A DNA stretch of 57,452 nt, the filler included, from Sphacelaria rigidula (taxonomy: Eukaryota): NCBI GenBank assembly GCA_964200075.2. It is 8 parts of 8 records of this genome, joined end to end, with 100 filler letters (N's around TTAATTAATTAA, not from the genome) between each part and the next. Parts side by side here need not be neighbours in the genome. Positions count along the whole stretch, not along the records: positions 7,196 to 14,290 come from CAXNAA020016512.1; positions 14,391 to 21,484 come from CAXNAA020016513.1; positions 21,585 to 28,678 come from CAXNAA020016514.1; 5 more parts are not named here. The stretch is one strand, 5' to 3'. Below the pieces are notes generated by a model. It had not been told where the DNA came from and did no database searches. It saw only the letters and a list, made by a program, of their open reading frames with translations. Each line of letters opens with the position of its first letter. The first letter of the stretch is position 1. Shown here piece by piece: positions 11,634-24,117 of this stretch. A program made the translations under genes and the position numbers.

Positions 11634-13147
11634 CTGGTGAAACACGAAAAAACAAACACACGGACACATCAAACATCGATTGCCAAAATACCAACAGATA
11701 AACGCTGCCGCAAAAGAACGATTACAACACAAGACACATCACCACCGACACAAACAAGCTGGAGAACAACAGGTAACCGCGATATCCCAACATATTTGAC
11801 TCATCAGCCAATAAACACGCTAAACATCCAGACCCTTTTCTGGCCGAAAGGTCTTGATAAACATTTTTCGCGCACTAAATTTCAACGGTGCAACCGCCAC
11901 ATTGATCGACTAATGATCCAACATCAACCGATTCGCCGCAAATCCAGCCGGTATCATAAAACAGTTCAAGACAAAAGTCTAGAATTTACTTCCATGTCAT
12001 CGCCCTGGGCGGTATCCTCCACATCTCCTACGGTACGAGTGTCATTTTCTTCCGAAGACATGGGGGGAACAAAGGAAAAGCGCCTAGTTCCGTATGTGGC
12101 ACTGGTGTTACACTCGTATGCTGAATACCACCCCCCCTGACTACCCTCGCCGGCAAGTAGAACGTTTTGTAATTTCTTGGCACCATGTCGGTGTTCGTCG
12201 ATCGCTCTCCAAGTTCTGAAGGTTCACCAAGATCCAAAAACTACCATGCATGTGGAGGTGTATATCTGCGCTGTGTTTTGTGTCTGCGAGCCCAAGGCGA
12301 CGTATGAGCTCGCGGGGAATTAAGAAACGACAGTTCCCGGACACAACACACACACAAACTCATCAAGCGCAAACGAGAGTTTTGTCACGTTTTGTTCGCA
12401 GCACGACAGCACATTCAACCACATCGCAGCGAGAAACATGTCAGAAAGAACATCAGGCTGAACTTTTTTGGTCAAAAAATTAATAGGGCCCACGTGGCAG
12501 CAACACCCCGATCGTCGGACCGGAACACCAATAGCAAGCTACAGCGGCAGATTGCGGGTACAGATCCCGACGGATACGATTTTCACAAACAAATCTGTTC
12601 TCCGATGTCCAAGGCGTGAGTATGATAGTAGCAATGAATTTCTTCACGGGAGTCGTCGGAATGTGTGGGAGGGCTGATCCAATCTACGAAAAACATTTTT
12701 TTTCAGGCCAGTACCCCGGGGGAACGACGGGTTGGTCCCTCGAGACTGCGAATTCGTCCCGAAGAAGGGAACAGGCTACACAGTAGTACACGTTCAGATA
12801 TTGGTGAACCCGTTGTAAAAGTTGCAAAATAAGCCGTTCAGCATTCCCATTGCATTTTTGCAGCGGTGTGGCATGCAGGCCACCGCGCACAAGGGTGTAG
12901 GGGACGCCCGGGCACACTTCTGAAAACGTTGCGGCGGAACTACCTCATCTGTTCAGAGTGCCATAACGGATTTCTCGAAATCTGAACGTGTATCACTGTA
13001 AACATATGACGAAAAAAAAAAAACTTACTCATTTGTTGTCCCCTGTACATCACTCTATGACAGGTGCTAATGTGTGTTGTGGGTATGCCCATGAAATATA
13101 GGTCAAGTCTGGGCCCTGAACGCTACCGTGGGGATGCACATTCTTAC

Positions 13148-13289
13148 CCTGATTTTCCGTCCGACCCCCGTAAGCGTCCCTCCCGTCCCCGCCCCGATCA
13201 CCACCATATCCACCTGACCGTCGCACTGCTCCAGTATTTCCTCCGCGGTGGTATCGTAGTGAGCTAACGGATTGGAGGCATTTGAATAC
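13148..13289 (-). CDS. CBS: Cystathionine beta-synthase, exon with the PLP-phosphate-binding GTGGT loop (not in the ORF track)
   Basis: Manual translation (Q)[50 protein letters not shown] acceptor and GTAAGA donor; joins in frame to EKCP. Confidence 0.92.
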
Positions 13290-14290
13290 CTAGTTTCGGT
13301 CGATCAGAGATGGATGGAAACATGACGCAAGCATGTGACACTCCCGATATCGGTTGATGAGAGATGATGGAACGGGACATCGCAAATCAACGGGGACTGT
13401 AATGAAATCGCACGTCGGATCTGTCCTTCCTCATGTTTGCTTCTTAGAGCGCCGCACTCCGAGCACGCCGGGTAAGCGCGAAAGCTGCGCTTTGGCTTTC
13501 CTGACTCCGCTGTCACATATTTTGTGTTTTTGGACCAACATATTCGGGAGTCTCCTTTGATTGGTTGTTTCAGACAGATCACGATCTGTTCGACGTGTGA
13601 ATAAACTCGATTTCTTGGTGATTATTTCAAGGAGCATTACCACATAGGGAATTTTCACTGGATCACGTGCTGCATGCGAGAACATGCATCATGTTTAGTA
13701 TACTTACATCACAGGTTGAGCACGCACAGGTCAAACTTTCGACTACCGGTGGTAATGGAGTAATTCATCGATTGAGGGAAATTTGGCAGCGATATCGTAA
13801 AAAAACGACGAGAGTCCGTCGCACCCAGGTGGTCCCACTGGTACATCATCACTAGCTGCTACGGATATTTTGGGATCTGAATCTCGATAATACCGATCCA
13901 TTTCCCTCTGTATTTTTTCGTCCGAAGCAATGAGGACAGGCGTGAGTTGACATCCTCATACTCCAGAGCACATCGTTGAACGTCAAAACGGGAAGCGGAA
14001 GTAGAGAGCTACTCCGATGCTCGATACTACGAGCTGGGCCGACCGTGAACCCGCGTTTCTTCGGCACACGGTAACTCTTTCAATTTCCTGAATCAGCTCG
14101 ATGTAAGTATATTGCTGTGAACACACTACCAATCTGGTGAGGCGCGCTTTGTCGCTGATCGATTGGCGCCGTTATGGCTGTAACGTTTCTGTACTGCATT
14201 GACGAGCGGGTGCGTCTCATATCGTGGCGTGAAACCGTGTTTCGACTCTTTTTTTTTTTTATTCAACGCGGCGGAACTACGTTGGACAAT

Positions 14291-14390
14291 NNNNNNNNNN
14301 NNNNNNNNNNNNNNNNNNNNNNNNNNNNNNNNNNTTAATTAATTAANNNNNNNNNNNNNNNNNNNNNNNNNNNNNNNNNNNNNNNNNNNN
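14291..14390. other. Artificial contig spacer
   Basis: N44-TTAATTAATTAA-N44. Confidence 0.98.
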
Positions 14391-14934
14391 AAACAAAGGG
14401 GCCGGGGTCGAAAAACAGGACGAAAGGAACAACCCCCCCCCAAGGCGCCCCTCGCCCCCCCTGCGGCGGGCCCCCCCCCCCCCCCCCCTCTATCCTCTAC
14501 TACTCCCGCTTCCCCCCAAACCGTGACACAACGTGAAGGCATTAGCGTTAGACGGTACCGATACAACAACAGCAACAGCGTCAACACTTGGTACATTGCA
14601 CGGCTCTTGTCTCGAAATAAAACAAGCGGGGGGGCGCCATGTCTCCCAACAAATACGCTCACCCATCACGCCAGTCAACGCGACACACTCCGAGTAAACA
14701 GGCCAAGACAGAGAGGGGTGACCAGCGGTAGTGCTTGAACGAAAACCCATCCCCCAAAACGGCCACATGGGAAACAATCTCGAAGGTATGCACCAACTCA
14801 CTAAGGTACAATACACAGAAAACACGGCGCACGATGGCGCGCGTGCTACGCTGACCACGGGGCGCTAGGCACGGGATATCCACCGTGCACGCAGGGTCCC
14901 TGAAAACACAAGGGAGGTGCACCATAGACTTCAA

Positions 14935-17448
14935 TCAATCCCAAGCCGCGGTCAGCCGTGGGATTTGCTCCGCTACCGACCCCTCCGGCGATATAGAGGG
15001 TCCGGAAGAGCCCACTCCACCTCCACTTCCTGATCCCAGGGATTGCGACGAAGCCTGTCTCGCCATATCAAGCAAAAACAGTCCCGCTTTGGTCCTATCC
15101 GCGTCCTTGATGCGCGCACGCGTTGCCGCCGTGATCAGGAACGCGTGGGCTCGCGCCCGTCGAATCAAGTGTCGAATGTACCGGTCGTGCTGCATCAGAG
15201 TGCTCGCCGGATGCAGCGCCGCCCTCGCGCCCACGCCCAGGGCGGCGGCGGTGGCGGCGGTGGCGGCGGCGACCGAGCCCGAAAGCGGCGGCGCGTCGGA
15301 ACGTTGCCACGCGATGTGCGCCTCCCGCTGCCACCCTTGCAATGGCCTTTCTAACGACCTCTTGAAAATGAGGTGGTGCTGCTGGTGAGAGCCGCGGCCC
15401 ACGCGCCCAGCGCCCCGTCGTGCCGGCCCTGCGCCCAGTGCCCCGACGGTCCTCGGCAAGCCGTCGTCATCGTCGAGATCATCGCCATCGCTGCCTGAAC
15501 TGTCCGAGCCGATGCCAGCGAACGAAAACCGACCTGCCCCTCCGTCGCCCCGCCTTCCGCCGCCGCCACCTCCGTTTCGATCTTTATTTGGGCAATGGGG
15601 GGTCGTGTAGGACGCGTGACCCGCGCCACCGGACGACACGACGGCGGTGCTCGGGGTCGGGGTGTAGAACTGCTGTGGCAAGGGCGACGGTGGTGAGGAA
15701 AGTGCTGACAGCGCAGAATTCGTCGACCTCTTTTCCGCGGACATGCTGCCGCCGCCGGTCCCGCCGCCGCGACCCTCGTAACTCCTGGCCTGCTTGCGGC
15801 GAGAGGTGGGACTAGGGAGGGCCGGTTGTTGACCCGGACCAAGCGGGCCGGAGTCATTGGCTTCGGCGCCCTCCTGGGCCCAGCACTTGTCCACGATCCC
15901 CTGGCCAACGAGACCAGCGAGTGCGGCCTTGGTGAACGCGTGCTCCGCACCCAAGATCTCTCTAAGTACCGGGAACACCTTCTCCGCGAGCTGCACGGAC
16001 TCGTCTACTCGGTTGGCCTGCCGCAACTGCCGCATGCAGGATACGATCCGCCCCAGATCGCCCACGCAGGTCGCCACCACGTCCAGCCTCCCGAACGCCG
16101 GAAGTGCCCACCCCCCACCGACGCCACCCCCTGTCCCCCGCCCAGCAGGAATTGGTTCCCCCCCTCCCTCGGCTGACTGTGGCCGCAGCCGCAAGGCAAG
16201 CGAGCGGTCATCATTCGCCACGGCTTTCCACGTGATACCCGCCCCCCGCCCGCGTGACGCCTCGAGTATTTGGGCAGCTTCCTCCACCTCCCGATCAGCA
16301 CCTCCCGGCGAGTCTACGCCCCCCGGACTCTTGTTCGGGTCGTACAGCAGCGACTTCCTGATCGCGGAGGGGTCCCCGAGATCGGGCAAAAGGCCTCCGC
16401 TAGAGGCCAGGACCGACAGATGTATTTCGACTGCTCGCTGGAGTAACCGTATCGCCGGCGCCTCCTTGCGGAACTGCGCCGCGAGCAGGGCGAGATCCTG
16501 CACCATCGTTGCCACCTTGTGAAGGGTGTCCCGTGCCGCCCGCTGCCACTGCGGCACCCCCGCCGCCTGAGCCCGCTGCGTCGCTTCCGCCGCTAGCAAT
16601 CTGCACGCTTCTTCGTACGCAGGTATCGCCGTCGAACCTCGATCGGATAGTGCCTGTAAGTCGGCAGCCGACGCCAAGGCACGTGCGGCGGCCCACCTGC
16701 AGCCTCCGCCGCCGCCGCCGTCCAGTGCGGTTCTGCACGCCGCTCGAACGGAGTCCAAATATCGGGACGCGGCCGCCGCGAGGGTGTGCGACGGCGGAAG
16801 AGCTTCCCACGATGCCACAAGATAGTCGTACCGAGAGAAACCGCCGTAACCGTGGCTCGGTGGGCCTGGACCGCTGCCCAGCAGTCCCGCTGGGATGCTA
16901 TCCCCATCGCCGGAAGCCTCCTCGCCTCCCTGTAACCGCAGCCGCCCCTCTCGACCAGCCCCTTCCCCGTTGCCGCCATCAGCGAGTCCACCTCCCGCGC
17001 GGACGCAGCCCATCGCATCTCCGCCCCCACCCAGAGCCCAACACTGGTCGTCAAATGTCCCGATCAACGAGGAAATCCGAGACAGAATCCACACCCTGCG
17101 ACGGAGCATCTCGTCCATGATGTCCTTCCGGCTGCTCGCCATGTTCATCAACAACCGCCTTTGGAACCCGTGCGGGGCCAAGCCCGCTGCGCCCTCTCCG
17201 CCGCCCGCTCTTCCCACAAGTCGAAGTGCTGCGAGAACTTGTACCACCCCTGGCTCATCCTGATGGTCCAAGAAGGAATTTACGTTTCCGCGCGGATTGC
17301 CCGCCGCCGCTGGGTCCAAAGGCCGCCAGAATTCCTCGAGAGCGGGCGGTGGCAGCGGAAAGCCGTCAGGGAGAAGCACGAACGAGAGGTAACACTTCGT
17401 AGCGAGTTCTGAGCCGCCTAGAATGGCGTCAGCCTGTGCAAGAGCGAC
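14935..17448 (-). CDS. Large terminal exon (838 codons incl. stop) of a Gly/Ala/Ser-rich protein with TPR-like helical repeats
   Basis: GC-rich open frame of 2.5 kb after a (CA)n tract and CACAG acceptor. TPR-like segments AIRLLQRAVEIHLSVL and RVDESVQLAEKVFPVLREILGAEHAFT. Upstream exons not identified. Confidence 0.75.
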   Translation of the reverse strand, partial: VALAQADAILGGSELATKCYLSFVLLPDGFPLPPPALEEFWRPLDPAAAGNPRGNVNSFLDHQDEPGVVQVLAALRLVGRAGGGEGAAGLAPHGFQRRLLMNMASSRKDIMDEMLRRRVWILSRISSLIGTFDDQCWALGGGGDAMGCVRAGGGLADGGNGEGAGREGRLRLQGGEEASGDGDSIPAGLLGSGPGPPSHGYGGFSRYDYLVASWEALPPSHTLAAAASRYLDSVRAACRTALDGGGGGGCRWAAARALASAADLQALSDRGSTAIPAYEEACRLLAAEATQRAQAAGVPQWQRAARDTLHKVATMVQDLALLAAQFRKEAPAIRLLQRAVEIHLSVLASSGGLLPDLGDPSAIRKSLLYDPNKSPGGVDSPGGADREVEEAAQILEASRGRGAGITWKAVANDDRSLALRLRPQSAEGGGEPIPAGRGTGGGVGGGWALPAFGRLDVVATCVGDLGRIVSCMRQLRQANRVDESVQLAEKVFPVLREILGAEHAFTKAALAGLVGQGIVDKCWAQEGAEANDSGPLGPGQQPALPSPTSRRKQARSYEGRGGGTGGGSMSAEKRSTNSALSALSSPPSPLPQQFYTPTPSTAVVSSGGAGHASYTTPHCPNKDRNGGGGGGRRGDGGAGRFSFAGIGSDSSGSDGDDLDDDDGLPRTVGALGAGPARRGAGRVGRGSHQQHHLIFKRSLERPLQGWQREAHIAWQRSDAPPLSGSVAAATAATAAALGVGARAALHPASTLMQHDRYIRHLIRRARAHAFLITAATRARIKDADRTKAGLFLLDMARQASSQSLGSGSGGGVGSSGPSISPEGSVAEQIPRLTAAWD

Positions 17449-17482
17449 CTGTGGGTTCACCGCGAACGCGCCAGGCGAGGTA

Positions 17483-17500
17483 TGTGTGTGTGTGTGTGTA
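17483..17500. repeat. (GT)n microsatellite just upstream of the acceptor (intronic)
   Basis: Direct reading. Confidence 0.9.
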
Positions 17501-18309
17501 TGAATGTGTATGTGGCAAAGTATCATACATGCTTTGCGTAATTCAACAAAAAAAAACCGGTAACCATTGCAAATTGGCTCGAAAGTGCAAGTTTTCTCAC
17601 CGGACTGGACTGAAATGCCCCGTGCCGATAGTAATGGATGTGATAAGATTACACGGAACACGCATCAAAAACGGAGTATGCTCATCGAAAATTGTCTATT
17701 TCAAAAAGAAAAAGAAAAGTGAAGAAAAAGCATGCGAGAAAAAGAGCATGACATCGAATGAAATTCAGGCGGGTTCCGACAAAAATATGCCGAATACACA
17801 AAAGTACAGTACGACAGCGTTCAAATACTGTTGTTGTTATCTTCACATTAAAAACTGTTCCGATATTTGCGCGGTACATTCGTACTGGGCATCTGATGCG
17901 GACGCCCTCCGTGGTCACAGGCTAGCAAAAAAAACAAAAAAACAAAATAGACTCAGATTCAAAACTCACAAAACGCGATACCAGCAAAACAGGAATAATA
18001 CTCAAGAAAGGAGGACATATGGCTAACCTCAGAAGATCCGGTGCCGCAGGTGGCCATTCGGACTTCCGGGGGTGGCACTCGGTTTTCCAACTCGACGCGC
18101 GACAAGTAGAAATGAACACAGGGTCCGACTACGGGCGAGACTCAAGGCCCCAAATACCGCCACCCAAAGAACTACAGAACTAAGAATCGCTACTGGATTC
18201 AATGAATCGGGATTTTTTCGAATGAGTCTTTGGTTCAAAAATTCGGTTTTTCGGCTACAGGGCCATAAGTAGCTAGAAATTGGAGAAAAAATGAACCATT
18301 CAACTGTTC

Positions 18310-18755
18310 CAAGGGCATGCTGGGTAGCGTATATCCGATACACGGGTACTTTGAAAAGTCGAACTCTTAGTACTCAAACATTTGGGTTGCGTATTGAGAT
18401 CGTACCCAATCTACCGTGTTTTTGGTAGAGTGTTAGAGACCATACCCAGAATACTCAAGTTTGCGGTACAGTATTGAGATCAAACCCAAGTGATACTCTA
18501 TACCCGAGTATTGTTGAGAGTACTTACCCAATATTAGGGTTGAGAATTGATTTCATATCCAATGATACTTTATACCCAGGTATTGCTGACACTACTCAAT
18601 CTGAGTTTGGGTAGAGTATTTGAGGTGGTACCCAATCCACCCAGATTTTGGGTAGAGCATTCGAGGCCGTACCCAATCTTGTCAAATCTTGGGTAAAGTA
18701 CCCGAGTGTTTTACCCGGGTGCTCACGAGTACATGCCCTACCCAACTCTCCCTTG
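18310..18755. mobile_element. hAT-type MITE (446 bp)
   Basis: Perfect 8-bp TSD AACTGTTC (18302-18309 and 18756-18763). TIR CAAGGG..TGGGTAG / CTACCCA..CCCTTG. Many internal TACCCA/TGGGTA motifs. Confidence 0.85.
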
Positions 18756-18774
18756 AACTGTTCCCCACAAGGAT

Positions 18775-18843
18775 CGGGATCGGCTCGGTGGGCGAAAAAT
18801 ATCAAAGAGCCAGAACTTGGGGCTCTACACTGCTAGGACCCCC
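18775..18843 (+). repeat. Dispersed repeat end shared with 26595-26664
   Basis: GGATCGG..TATCAAAGAGC.AGAAC..GGGGCT.TACACT...AGGACCCC in both places. Confidence 0.7.
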
Positions 18844-18853
18844 TCCGACCAGT

Positions 18854-18930
18854 GGTGTTCCGTCTCTAGAGGGATGCGTGGTCAATGGTCAAACGAATAA
18901 GGCAAACAACAAATGAGTACGCTCCCCCCA
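18854..18930 (+). mobile_element. Short 3'-end retrocopy of the oligo(C)-tailed LINE (type A)
   Basis: Tail motif ...GGGATGCGTGGTCAATGGTC...ACAAATGAGTACGCTCCCCCC. Direct repeat CCGACCAGT at 18845-18853 and 18931-18939. Confidence 0.82.
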
Positions 18931-21010
18931 CCGACCAGTTGGCTCTCAAGCCATCCAAAATTACTAGAGGGGGTAGGTAGCATATCTTTGAGTTCCGACA
19001 CCATACTCAAAATTCTTCTGTAAGCCCAAATTTGGCGGGGGGAAGGGAAGGGAGGTACCGTACAACCAAGAATTTAAGGTTGCTGGACGTGGTTAGACTC
19101 TTGGAAATGAAGTTGTTTAACGTCTCGAAAGTAAACACCCAAGTCGAAGCAAGGATGTACACTGCGATTCCTTGGTTCCAGTCGACCGCGAGTCAGAAAG
19201 TACTCAACGTTGTGAATTTACTATTTTGATAATCGATCGAATCCGATTCTACTTCAAGTTGTGCGCTTAGCAAGATTTTGCATTGTTGATGTTTGATCTC
19301 AAACTCAAGGGATCGAGCACGTAGTAGCCGACAAAAATTGCAAAAAGAAAACCGCCTCTACGCAGGTGGGTGGTGGCAAACCTGTCAGCTCTGGCACATA
19401 ACCCCCTCGCTTCCGCCTCCCCCCACTTTTCAACCCTGAAGACAAATTTACAAGTTGTGCACGACTATCGAAGGTCGAACTGATGTGGTGACTACGAAGT
19501 CACCTGAAGACCGCACGACACCATACAGGAGGTGTCGGAGATGATCAGATCCCTACACCAGTGATCCGTGTGCGTTAAAACACTCCTGCTGCAGCTAATG
19601 GACGGCTTGCAGAGGGCTTCACACCGCTGCTTTTGATACCACACTTTACAATGATGTTAGACGTATTACAAAACACCTGATGTCAACTACCCTCGCCGAC
19701 GCCGACTCGACCAATTGTACCTCGATTCAGCTTTGCTATTTGGACGAGTGGTGGGTAATTTGGAGAAAAAAATGCTCGAAATGCTCAATTAATATCCTCG
19801 TCTTTAAAGGGGGATGGGGGAGCACGGACGGAGTACTCGAAATAAATATGCCACTTAGATACAGTTGCACTTCTCAATCAAAGGTGGGTCACGTGAAACG
19901 AGTGTATTGCCACAAACTCTTGAGTAAATAACGAACGCAAACTTCGTTTCGAGGAGATTGACGAGTTAACGGCGAGTCTGCAAGAAAAAAAAAAAAATGA
20001 CACGGTAAACTGAAAGAGGAAGGAAAAATCGACCAAGGCCGTGTCCTGGCAAATTATTTTCGATCCCAAAAAACGGTGCGGTGGAGAAGCAACACATCGC
20101 TTTGATAGGCCATCTTTCATGTCCTCGTCACTGATGTTGACATGACGATCCATCAGGTCGAACTTTTTTTCTCTTCCACTCCACTTTTTCGATACAAAAA
20201 GCAACGTGCAAAGACACGCTCTGAGTTGAGGAGTTGCACGGGCACCGGGCACAACCCCACACCTCAAAACAGAGGGTGGAAAATGATCGGATCTCAGGCG
20301 ATCACCGATGTTGTCTGAGTCACACCTGTAGCTGCTTCAGTTATCTGCTGAAGTGCTTTCAAGCTGCTCGTCGGTCGATATGGAACACGAGTGAACTCAA
20401 TCAAATCAGGGGGGGGGGGGAAGCAGAGAAGGGGTGTTTGGTACCGAAACTGAGAGGCATGACACCCCTGGACTGTTAATAGGGATATCTTCCGAGGTTG
20501 TATTCTGTAGGGTATACCCGAAAATGGGAGATTTCCGGTTGGCATACAAAAACTATAGGAGAATGAGTACCGAACAACCCGATACAATTCGGCAGAGTAT
20601 CGAGCCCTGTTCCGAACACTCCAACGGTCGAACGAATGAATGATTTGTCTGGAATATACTTGATTTTAGTGTACCATACAAATCAATCCTCAAGGTTTGT
20701 TTTCAGAGTTGCAACGCAGGTACGCACGCTCAGCTCAGGCACACGTGGAATGGCGCAAAAATTGCGTGGAGACCTTCGTGACGAGAGGTCAACTTTTTTT
20801 TCTCCCTCTTCCAAGCAATCAGGCCTGAAAATTCGTAGATTTCGTGATATTCAAACCGGCGATGATTCGTCCGAACCGTGTTAACACCCCGGTATGGTAC
20901 GGAGGGGCATCCACCAAAAATAATACATCTTACACCTCTGTAAATACCCTGATTTTAGCGGGTGTAACCGACAAAACACCTCCTTAGTGTTTTCTTCTCG
21001 TTCACGGGGG

Positions 21011-21060
21011 GGGTGTACTCATGATCATGCATGCCATAGTCATCAGACCATTGACCTCGC
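21011..21060 (-). mobile_element. ~50-bp 3'-end retrocopy (tail type B)
   Basis: Reverse complement GCGAGGTCAATGGTCTGATGACTATGGCATGCATGATCATGAGTACACCC. Direct repeat CACGGGGG at 21003-21010 and 21060-21067. Confidence 0.82.
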
Positions 21061-21484
21061 ACGGGGGATTCAACAATACATGCCTCAAGCGAAAGCTTCG
21101 GCGAACCACAGAATATGGTCGGGGGAATTGATTGAGTTAGGCTCAGAGCCTGGACTTGAAAGGGCGATGAACGAAATTTCTTGGGATGCAAATAAAAAAA
21201 AATGCGTGGGACCGGCGTAAGTCATTTGGTTACGAGATACACCCTACTATATATTTTTGGGTAGACATCTTCTTGATTTGTCATGACGGTGCGCTCCTCG
21301 GTATGTTTCCCCCCTTATTCGAAGATGCCATGCGCAGGTGATGGCATGAGCTGGACAGTGTGTTATCACGCATTTCATCGAGGGGGGGGGGGGGGGGGAA
21401 AAAAAAAAACACTGTCGGGGGCACAAAAAAGTGGGAGGGGGGGGGGGAAAAAAAGAAAAAAAAAAAACAAAAAAGAAAAGAGAG

Positions 21485-21584
21485 NNNNNNNNNNNNNNNN
21501 NNNNNNNNNNNNNNNNNNNNNNNNNNNNTTAATTAATTAANNNNNNNNNNNNNNNNNNNNNNNNNNNNNNNNNNNNNNNNNNNN
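21485..21584. other. Artificial contig spacer
   Basis: N44-TTAATTAATTAA-N44. Confidence 0.98.
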
Positions 21585-21689
21585 AATGATACATGACATA
21601 TTTATGCGATTTTTTAGGATCTAACTCCTAATGACAGCGTGAACGTTTGCGCGTTTGTGAAGGACGTGGGCTTGAAGCGTGCAACTCCC

Positions 21690-22200
21690 AACTACTTGGT
21701 TTTAGTATGTACATATCTTTTGGGGTGAATTTGACGTCAAGGCAAGAAAAATTGTGTGAGGTTTTCGAGTTTCTCCACCAAACTTAGTACATGTGTTCCT
21801 TGGACTCTCCCGGGACGCATAATTTCATTGTTTTTCTTTCAGGGCATTCTGCACCGTATTCCGGGGTCTTCATGCTGGGACCCCCGGAAGCCGGTAGAGA
21901 ACGGAGAAAACATTATATATTGTCATGAACACAATTTTCCATTTTGAGCATCGATACCTACGGAACTGCCGAGTTTGAGGGCGATCTGAGCTTTTCTACA
22001 ACAGATGTAGGGGACGCCGACACCCAACATCTGACATCATTAGTGGAAGTTAGACGACGCCGACACCCGACATCACCGGAACATCACGGTTTCGGGTATA
22101 TCGACCCCCGTAGTAGCCGTTTGAAAAATATGATTTTCTCGTTAGATTTCCGTGTCGATGATGGTTACTACGGTTTGAAGCATTTAGAGATTGGGTAAAA
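21690..22200 (+). repeat. Dispersed non-coding repeat, homologous to ~41230-41760
   Basis: Shared colinear blocks GTTCCTTGGAC, GCTGGG.CCCCCGGAAGCCGGTAGA.AACGGA, CTACGGAACTGCC.AGTTTGAGG and CATCAC(C)G.ACAT. Confidence 0.8.
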
Positions 22201-24117
22201 ATTGGACTTGGTATTCGGAATGTATATCTNNNNNNNNNNCGTCCATAGCGCCACCGCTACGGCCTTGAACAAAAATCCGGTCATGTCACCCTCTTCGTCT
22301 CTTCATTGCGGTTAGAATGATACCATATATGCGACTATTGGGTGCGTATTGCGGAAGGCATCTGCTGATGACACAATTTTGGGTGATCACCGTAAACCAG
22401 CCTGTACGGACTTATGAACATGCACGATGTACCCGGGCCATTCAGGTTAGCAGGTGAAATATATTGCAATTTTTTTTATTGTTTACTAGATTCGGAATTT
22501 ACGGGTGCGGGAAACTGTTTCTGGTGTACTGGATTCAAGATCCACAGGTAACGGGCAGCTTCTGGTATAAATGGGATTCGGATCGCACGGGTTCATGACA
22601 AGCTGCTGCATTGAATGAGCCGAAGTATAAAGATGACAACTTCGGCAATCATGTACGGGTCAAGCGGGTCCTACAGATCACCATCAGGCAAACGTGCACA
22701 GTTGGCAGCACACCTCGGACAGGTCACGATCTATGCCCCAAATGAGCCGACCCAGATCTGTCACGACCTGATCTGTTCGACGTGTGCATGTATTGCGGAT
22801 ATTGCGCAAAATATATAATCGAAATACGACTTGCCACAGCTGCGAAGTGTCGGGTGATGCACCACAGCTTATTTTGTACCTCAAACCTGCCCTAAAACAG
22901 CAAGTGCCGATTCTGGCCACTTCTTTCTTTGCCTGAATTTTGGCCGCCGTTGCCTTTTCTCCTGTGCACTGTTATCATGGTCCATCCGTTTGGAAAACGT
23001 GATACATGGCATCCAAGAGATTGCTGCCGTGTCGGATATGTCATCACAACAATATTCAATCACATGAAGTTCGTTCGTGACCGGCACTTTTGAGGTATGC
23101 CCCTCCACCACCTTCGACGTTGAGGTTCGAAGCATCTTGACCCATTCCGCTTCAAGTACGACATCTCGGGGTGTACTAACTCCAACACTATCGTATCGCA
23201 CCAGAGGTATTTCGTGCGAGGTCCGCACCCGACTTCATCTGTCGAGGCATGTGGAGAGGAAGTGAGATGGACGATACGTCCCTAGAGGAAGTGAGATGGA
23301 GAATACGCCCCCCTACGCCTACAAGAAACCCTCTGGGGCCGGTGCAATGCTAGCACCGAGTCCATCGTCAGCCTGCGCCACGAAAAAGGCTCAATGCTTA
23401 TCACTCCGGGGTATTTCGAGTCGGGGTCAGGCTAGTTACCAGACGCTTTACAGACCCGGCCGACGATTAAGAATCGTGGAGACACAAAATAATAGTCGCT
23501 TAGATTGAGAAACGAAGGCGTTTCCCGTCAGAAACGGGGCTTGTAATCTATCCCATAGGCAAGAAACAGACAAATATTAGGGAACGTGATCCTGCTTCCA
23601 TGAGGGTGACAACAGCAGTATTGCTTCACACAAGGCACAGTAAGAAATGTGCGTTATGCTTGTAGCGGGTCGCCAGCAGGTACTCTAGCAGGTCACCGAA
23701 CGCGGCCTGATCTATGCTCGTAGGCTGAAATTTTCGTCGGTTGGATGAGTATTGCTGATGCATATCCTACGCATCCAGTGCCGACGGGGCGATGGCAGGC
23801 AGACTTACCGTCATTTGGGCCCTACATAATGAGAACCCTGCCACAGAGCGAAAGGACGAAACGTGCCCGTTTTCATCCCCTCAAAAAGGAAGAGTGAGAA
23901 AAGCAGAACAAGTTGAACCGGATACAACGCCGAGCCTTGCGGGAGTCTGTGGTGCAGATCACCTCTTGTGGGTTGAGCATATCGGGAATGGATCCTGATC
24001 AACAACACAACGCCTCCATAGAAACCGGGGGTTCTGGCCGGCGGGCTGTTGCCACCCACATATCCGTGCCGTGGTGAGTGTAGTGCAGAGTATAGTGCCG
24101 ACAGTATCATATACTCG

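Noticed and set aside
14885-17412. Multiple overlapping plus-strand and alternate-frame ORFs over the TPR-like exon
   Set aside because: Shadow ORFs expected in GC-rich coding DNA; Arg/Pro-rich with no motifs.
9329-17448. CBS and the TPR-like exon as one gene or a gene cluster
   Set aside because: They are separated by an artificial spacer and lie on different contigs.
17449-17661. N-terminal extension of the 908-aa ORF
   Set aside because: AT-richer, contains a (CA)n tract and lies upstream of a CACAG acceptor; most likely intron read-through.
18340-18750. CRISPR-like array of short recurring motifs
   Set aside because: Motifs are 6-8 nt, degenerate, in both orientations, irregularly spaced and bounded by TIR/TSD. 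No cas genes.
22240-23300. Broken minus-strand ORFs as a gene or retroelement
   Set aside because: Many stops and no diagnostic motif; cannot be supported.
23256-23312. Two-copy repeat GAGGAAGTGAGATGGA..ATACG.CCC
   Set aside because: A simple local tandem duplication with no further structure.
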